Position numbers and translations under genes: made by a program
Shown: positions 58,713-64,000 of the stretch, in pieces
Numbering within the stretch: the stretch's first letter is position 1
Layout: each line of letters starts with the position of its first letter
Source: Candidatus Poribacteria bacterium
GTDB lineage: Bacteria > Poribacteria > WGA-4E > UBA9662
Length of the DNA: 64,000 nt
Reading direction: 5' to 3'
NCBI GenBank assembly: GCA_036339735.1
Contig: JAYZAL010000088.1
Coordinates: forward strand, 56,286 to 120,285
The notes under the pieces: model-generated
What the model saw: the letters and a program-made list of their open reading frames with translations, nothing else
Databases searched by the model: none
What the model was told of the DNA's origin: nothing

Positions 58713-59572
58713 CTAGTCTGGTAGGTATGTTCGCACTTTCTCTTGATTTCATTTAGTTAATTTGTAGATTCATCACAGTAGGAAACAACTAATACCCTTG
58801 ATGACAGCACCAGTTCAAGAGGATAAAAGAAAGAATAATGTTTTATTGTGAAAAGAATAAATTTAGGTTACAAAAAAATACGATCTAGTTTTGTCTGCAC
58901 TCTGAATTAATTATTTTTCTGGTTATGAATAGAACGGACATAAGATGATAAGCGGCTTTTGTCTATCGTCTTTGGGCTAAATTAAATATAAAAATATCAA
59001 AAGAACAAAGGATATCACACTCGAAAATATAGAGCATTAGTTGTACCAAAATAATTTACTCGATATCGAATGATCGTAGTTTCTGTTTTGCTAAATTGAT
59101 TTAATTATGAACACTAGGTCGTTTAGATGATTAGCACAATTAGTTTGGTAGCTGTTTATCAACTATTGGCGGTCAAGCCTTAGGGGTCAAATAACCAAAA
59201 CAGAAGAGTGCAAAATCAATGCTAATTTTTTACTGGTAAATCAAGTGGTCTATCTTGACAAGAAAATTTATGACGATAGTCTCTTAGTTCAAATACTATC
59301 GATCCTGGCGCCTATGGTAAACCAAAAGTATAAGCTAACACCTAATGTAGACCTGTGCTTTTCCAACATAATACTGACTTAATAACTAACAGAAACTGAT
59401 TATCTTTTCTAAATATATGGATAATGTTCATAGAATGATACTATCGCAGAATTGGTTGAGTTTTCTACAAAAAACTATAGGTCAATCAGGGTAAAATGAA
59501 ATCTATTTTAAGATAAGCTGAAAACAAAATCATATCCAGGCAGAGGTGGAATCATAATCTATTTGGTCCCAC

Positions 59573-61111
59573 CTATCTATTCGATATTTTTTTCCTAGTC
59601 AGATGTAGGTTGCCTTTAGGGATGGAAAAAATGAATGCAGTAACAGCAGTGGCTGCAATTCTAGAGTCGCTTCCATAACCAGCATTATCACGATTAGGCT
59701 GATAGTAGAAGCTACCATCAGGACACTGGGCGAGTGTGAACCACCAACGGTTGGCCTCCATCAACTGGCGAAAGCAGTCGGAATCGACGTTAGCTCCGAT
59801 AGCTGTATAACCCATACCCATAATTGGTGAGCCATGGGTGTCAGGAAAGCTCTGTGGATGTTGGCCTATTACCTTAGCCTGTAAAAAAGCAAACTTACTA
59901 TGTTCATTCCCCTGATAAGGGCTCAATTGGTGAGCGATGGCAGAAGCTCCTGTACGTCCCATATCAGCCCAATCATTTGGCCCAGCAGGTTGGTCTTTAT
60001 ACCAGACGTAACCATTGGCTCCAGCAGAACGTCGCAAAAAGTTATAGGCCGCTACATGCCGGTCTGGGTCAACATCGATTCCACAACGGTGCATCAAGGA
60101 GAAAGCTAAAGCCCCTTGAGCGGTTAGCATACTGATCGGTCCATAACCTTCAAATCCGGGATTGTGTCCCCATCCACCGTGAGAATCCATCTTATCTTTT
60201 GGATAAGCGTGAGGATGTGTCTCTTTTACTTTTTCATTAATCTGATTCATATCGATGTATTGGGTGGATACCAGAAATTCATATACTTCCTGAATTTCTT
60301 TCAGTACCCATTTTTCTCTTGTGAATAAGTAGTATTCACTCATAACGATAGCTGCAGACATATAACGCCAGTTTATCAGCCAAGAGCTGTCTTCTGAACT
60401 TGTGGTCCGTGCGTGCATCTTTACGTTTTTCTTAACAGCATCTAGATATCGTTTTTCACCGCTAGCCAAAAGAGCTAATGGTGCAAAAGTGTTCTGTGGT
60501 GGTATCCCCCAAGAACCATCTTCGCCTTGATGGTCGACCAGATACTGATACAGTTGATCCCGAATAAGATTTGTTTTTTTGCAGTCGAATGGGAAATTTT
60601 GACCATAGGTTCCAGATTGATGCCCGATATTGAGTAGGACATTCTCTGTAGCCCCTCGACGATCTAGAGTTACAGATAAAGCTCCCATCGCTGAGGTGTT
60701 TTGGCAATTTTCCAGTGCGATAGCAAAGTCAAGGACTGGTCCATCAGCGCCAAACTTATCCATACCGTATCCATTTTTGTGTTCGGTATTGAACAGTTCG
60801 TTGTTAACACCAATTATTAAATCACCAGGAGAGATTTTTCCGTCAGCCGGCGAGCGGGGAAATACATATTTGACTAAAAGATACTTAGGTTTATCAGCTA
60901 CTAGTTCAACACGGATGCCAGTAACACCCAAATTGTAGTACCAGCCCCCAACCACAGCGTCAGGACCAGTTTCAGATTTTTGATTCCAAGGGCTACCATT
61001 ACCCAAGTAGTGGACCTGGGCTGAAGAAAAAGGGACACTACCAAGAATTAGCATAATACCTAGAATTAACAAGATAGGACATTGAAACAATAAAAATAAC
61101 GTGTTTTTCAT
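59573..61111 (-). CDS. secreted prenyltransferase/squalene-oxidase (terpenoid-cyclase-like QW) repeat protein
   Basis: 512 aa. Signal peptide plus QW-type motifs (LVDHQGEDGSWG, LAQCPDGSFYY) characteristic of alpha-alpha toroid repeat proteins. Confidence 0.5.
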   Translation of the reverse strand: MKNTLFLLFQCPILLILGIMLILGSVPFSSAQVHYLGNGSPWNQKSETGPDAVVGGWYYNLGVTGIRVELVADKPKYLLVKYVFPRSPADGKISPGDLIIGVNNELFNTEHKNGYGMDKFGADGPVLDFAIALENCQNTSAMGALSVTLDRRGATENVLLNIGHQSGTYGQNFPFDCKKTNLIRDQLYQYLVDHQGEDGSWGIPPQNTFAPLALLASGEKRYLDAVKKNVKMHARTTSSEDSSWLINWRYMSAAIVMSEYYLFTREKWVLKEIQEVYEFLVSTQYIDMNQINEKVKETHPHAYPKDKMDSHGGWGHNPGFEGYGPISMLTAQGALAFSLMHRCGIDVDPDRHVAAYNFLRRSAGANGYVWYKDQPAGPNDWADMGRTGASAIAHQLSPYQGNEHSKFAFLQAKVIGQHPQSFPDTHGSPIMGMGYTAIGANVDSDCFRQLMEANRWWFTLAQCPDGSFYYQPNRDNAGYGSDSRIAATAVTAFIFSIPKGNLHLTRKKISNR

Positions 61112-61260
61112 AATTCAACCAAATTTCTCAATCCTTTGATGTCAATTCGTGAAAAAGAATTAACATGATATTTTTATAATTGTCTACCAATATCTAGGCA
61201 TTAATCTGATAAATTACAACAAACGCTCTTAAATTTTATTTGTAGACGTATTACAAGAGT

Positions 61261-62553
61261 TTATTTGCTCAGATTAATGCAGATTAACTCTTCATCATTG
61301 CGGACAAATATATGCTTATTAGCAAAAGCGGGGTGCGACCAGCAGACACCGCCACGGCGGTTCAACTGATCTTTTGTTGGCTTAATGATTTGGGAACGAC
61401 TGATCAAATTAACTTTTTCCGGAGAAAGTTTAGTTAGTAATAATTCTCCTTTCTCATTAAATATCCATACATAATCCCTGTTTTTAACGAAGTGAGCTGT
61501 ACTCCATCTTTCAATAGGAGCAATAGTAACGTCTTCAAAAACACGGTCCCCAGTAGCAATATCTAGACAGCGAAAATGGCCATAGCTATCAATACCGTAA
61601 ATAAAATCTCCAATTAATATGGGAGTAGAAATCAGAGAGTGAAGACTATCTGTTTGATGCTCGTCTTCTCCTCTTCGGTGCCACACCTTTTCTGCTCGTA
61701 ATTCAGATGAGTCAAGACGAACTAGCATTGAACCATCAAAAAAATTGCTGATAAACACATGGCCTTGATGATGAACTGGGGTCGCAATACCAATGGCCAT
61801 TCGAGAAGGATGGCAATCAATTTCCCAATAAGTTTTTCCACTTTCAGGAGACAAACCAACTAGATGGTTACCCGTATAACATACCAAGACTTTTTCGTTG
61901 GCCTGCTTGATCAAAATTGGTGTGGAATACGATGCAGGATCTGATCTAGCAGTCCACAATTCCTCACCAGTCTGACGGTCTAATGCCACCAAGCAAGCAC
62001 TCTTTCCACCGATTTGTAAAAACAATTTATTTTCTTCTACTACTGGTGAGGCTGCAATCCCCCAAGTTGGCATCTGGATTTGGTAAATCTGATTGAGGTC
62101 TTTTTTCCACTTCACTTGTCCCGTTTCTGCTACGAAACAATGGAGGTGGCCCATTGTTCCCAAGGCATAAGCCAATCCATCGACAATAACCACAGAGGTT
62201 CGTGGACCAGCGGTATAACCCACATTTTGATACTGACATTCATAACTATAACTCCAAACACGATGACCTGTTTCGGCTGAGAAACAGTGAACATTTTCTA
62301 CCTGTTTGGGTTTTGTTTCTCGGTCCATGACATAAACTCGACCTTCGGATACCGTTGGTCCACTGTACCCACTACCAATAGGTACTCGCCAAGTAGGCTT
62401 TTGTAAATCTTCGGTATCAAAATGATTAATAATTCCAATTTCATTCCAAGTACCATCCCTGTTAGGTCCTCGCCATTGATACCAATCTTCAGCTGGGAGC
62501 CAAACAGATAACAAGCCAAGTAGGAATAAACATAGCAGGAAACGTCCATTCAT
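61261..62553 (-). CDS. secreted PQQ-like beta-propeller repeat protein, paralog B
   Basis: 430 aa. Signal peptide, then WYQWRGPNRDGTW (the same N-terminal box as paralog A at 34374..35600) and repeated propeller blades. Confidence 0.7.
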   Translation of the reverse strand: MNGRFLLCLFLLGLLSVWLPAEDWYQWRGPNRDGTWNEIGIINHFDTEDLQKPTWRVPIGSGYSGPTVSEGRVYVMDRETKPKQVENVHCFSAETGHRVWSYSYECQYQNVGYTAGPRTSVVIVDGLAYALGTMGHLHCFVAETGQVKWKKDLNQIYQIQMPTWGIAASPVVEENKLFLQIGGKSACLVALDRQTGEELWTARSDPASYSTPILIKQANEKVLVCYTGNHLVGLSPESGKTYWEIDCHPSRMAIGIATPVHHQGHVFISNFFDGSMLVRLDSSELRAEKVWHRRGEDEHQTDSLHSLISTPILIGDFIYGIDSYGHFRCLDIATGDRVFEDVTIAPIERWSTAHFVKNRDYVWIFNEKGELLLTKLSPEKVNLISRSQIIKPTKDQLNRRGGVCWSHPAFANKHIFVRNDEELICINLSK

Positions 62554-62865
62554 GTCACTAGTCCTTGATAAATGAATAATAAAGATATAATTTTAGAAAA
62601 AAATCGGGAATGTAAAAGAAAGACCTAGTTTGATTTATCGATTTTTGTTTCATCTCGCCTTCTGATTCTAACTAAATTTGTTGACCTGTCAAGGTCCTGC
62701 GATCAGAATAATCATTCTCAAAAGTAAAAAGAAGCCAAGATAGTTTACAAAAAACTTTGATTTGTCGGCTATTGTCTATCAGTGGTAAAAGTAGAGGAAT
62801 CATTGGAATACTTGATTTTGATTTGAGCTGACTAAATCTATAAGTTGAGATAATTCGTATTTATT

Positions 62866-64000
62866 TTATCTGCTAATTGGCTTACTCGCGACCAGACTAT
62901 TTATATACTCTTCTAAGTTGGTGTAACCATCACCGTCTTGATCGCTAATGCCATCACTAGGATCTTCCGCGTCTAGTCCGTTTGATTTTTCCCAGTAATT
63001 AGGTATACCATCTCGGTCAATATCCCAATCTTTCGGTCTTTGTTCTGTTGGGTAATGATCCCAACCACCAACTTGTCTTTGTGAGTCAATCAGTACGCCT
63101 TTCTGCATAACGATATTTTCGATAACTCGTTCGTCTACTGTATCTCGCACTAATGAACAACCTGAATACTTTAGACAGTTTGAATAGGCATCTTTAGCGG
63201 TTTGTGTTGGCACAGAAAACTCACCGCAATCGATTTCTGATTTCAATTCCCATCGATTGCGTGATGTCGACATATAACTCCCAGTATTCGTATATTCTAT
63301 TGCTGTAAAGTTATCTGAGTTGAAAACTTCTGACATCCCATCAAAGTAGTTACCTTGAATAAAACCTTTAGCTCTAGTTGTATCATGATCCTTAATTCGT
63401 AATGGTGGCGTAGAATAATTTTTTGTACATGGACCAGGTCTATAATAGTTATTGATGCAGTTAATTTGTACTCCACCCAAATTCGTTGGACCACTCCAGT
63501 TATAATTAACGCAGTTTCGAAAGTCAACAATCCAGTTCGATCCACCTTTTTTAGCACCAGACCCTATAGTTGGATGACGATTTCTAGAAGTGGAGTAGAT
63601 ATTGCCGTAAATGGTCGTGTTACCAAAACAGTCTCGTAGCGAAGTGGCCATGGCATGTGCTCCCTTTCGATGGAGCGATCGATTAAGTGCTTCGCTATAA
63701 ATTAACCACTGTAACGTCATGTTCTTATTACCGCGATAATCAGAATTACCATCAATCCCCCAACTTAGCGAAAGATGATCTAGGATAATTTGGTCATTAT
63801 AGTTTACTGTCATAACGTCTGGTGCCGCCCCCTGTTCTTTGTTTTCATCTCCTAGCCTTACGCGAATGTAGCGGACAATGATTTGTTTACTTTCTTTGAT
63901 AGAAAAATTTTGATCACGTAATGTAATTCCTTTACCCGGAGCTGTTTGACCAGCTAAAGTCAAATAACTCTTACCTTTAATTTCCATTGGACTCTTTAAG
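62866..64000 (-). CDS. pectate lyase (PL1-like beta-helix) with C-terminal Ca-binding dockerin/TSP3-like D-x-D-G-D repeats; N-terminus lies beyond window end
   Basis: IILDHLSLSWGIDGNSD resembles the PL1 vWIDH...DG..D motif. C-terminal DIDRDGIPNYWE...DQDGDGYTNLEEY. The frame stays open upstream of the listed Met to the window edge, and the protein lacks a signal peptide at that Met. Confidence 0.55.
   Translation of the reverse strand, partial: LKSPMEIKGKSYLTLAGQTAPGKGITLRDQNFSIKESKQIIVRYIRVRLGDENKEQGAAPDVMTVNYNDQIILDHLSLSWGIDGNSDYRGNKNMTLQWLIYSEALNRSLHRKGAHAMATSLRDCFGNTTIYGNIYSTSRNRHPTIGSGAKKGGSNWIVDFRNCVNYNWSGPTNLGGVQINCINNYYRPGPCTKNYSTPPLRIKDHDTTRAKGFIQGNYFDGMSEVFNSDNFTAIEYTNTGSYMSTSRNRWELKSEIDCGEFSVPTQTAKDAYSNCLKYSGCSLVRDTVDERVIENIVMQKGVLIDSQRQVGGWDHYPTEQRPKDWDIDRDGIPNYWEKSNGLDAEDPSDGISDQDGDGYTNLEEYINSLVASKPISR

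Noticed and set aside
1-64000. Mobile elements (transposase, integrase, inverted terminal repeats) and CRISPR arrays
   Set aside because: No ORF has DDE, HTH-transposase or tyrosine-recombinase motifs. No repeated 25-40 bp units with unique spacers were seen. The long inverted repeats found are single hairpins consistent with terminators.

Overview
This 64 kb chromosomal segment is AT-rich (roughly 40% GC by eye, with intergenic spacers at about 30%). It holds about 50 protein-coding genes, most on the minus strand, including an unbroken co-directional run from about 18.0 to 36.9 kb. Gene content suggests a PVC-superphylum bacterium (Planctomycetes/Verrucomicrobia-like), but this is inference only. 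Supporting hints are many Gfo/Idh/MocA oxidoreductases, PQQ-like beta-propellers, a sulfotransferase, discoidin and LamG secreted proteins, a pectate lyase, and a PVM-type microcompartment vertex gene.

Recognisable content, in order along the window:
- A partial TPR protein, a PhyH-family dioxygenase and an amidohydrolase_2 protein.
- A tightly packed putative operon eutN/ccmL-like - class II aldolase-like - CapA-like - large polytopic membrane protein - hsp20 - lon.
- An M20 peptidase, a Wza-like polysaccharide exporter and a flippase-like membrane protein.
- A DUF488-like protein, a NadD-like nucleotidyltransferase and a coiled-coil lipoprotein.
- ychF, a MetE-like cobalamin-independent methionine synthase, an FMN reductase, a UbiD-family decarboxylase and a MoaD/ThiS-like carrier.
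- A three-subunit xanthine dehydrogenase/CO dehydrogenase-family molybdoenzyme in coxM-S-L order.
- A CYTH - DUF815 ATPase - RimK trio.
- A Gfo/Idh/MocA - PhyH - SDR - PuuD-like - GS-like (PuuA-like) gamma-glutamylation module.
- Two PQQ-like beta-propeller paralogs, an endonuclease/exonuclease/phosphatase (EEP) protein, a NAD-dependent epimerase with a Gfo/Idh/MocA oxidoreductase, an AlkB-like hydroxylase and a G1PDH-like Fe-ADH.
- Tandem secreted discoidin-domain paralogs, a sulfotransferase, a secreted QW-repeat (terpenoid-cyclase-like) protein and a C-terminally complete pectate lyase that runs off the window.

I found no rRNA, tRNA, CRISPR array or transposase.

The most notable observations:
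- An orphan microcompartment pentamer (EutN/CcmL) gene sits next to a divergent class II aldolase-like gene, with no BMC-H shell genes anywhere in the window.
- A three-member paralogous family of uncharacterised polytopic membrane proteins of about 620-650 aa. Two of the three are divergently paired with NAD-dependent sugar oxidoreductase or epimerase genes.
- The last roughly 23 kb has low coding density, long AT-rich spacers, orphan ORFs and secreted carbohydrate-active proteins.
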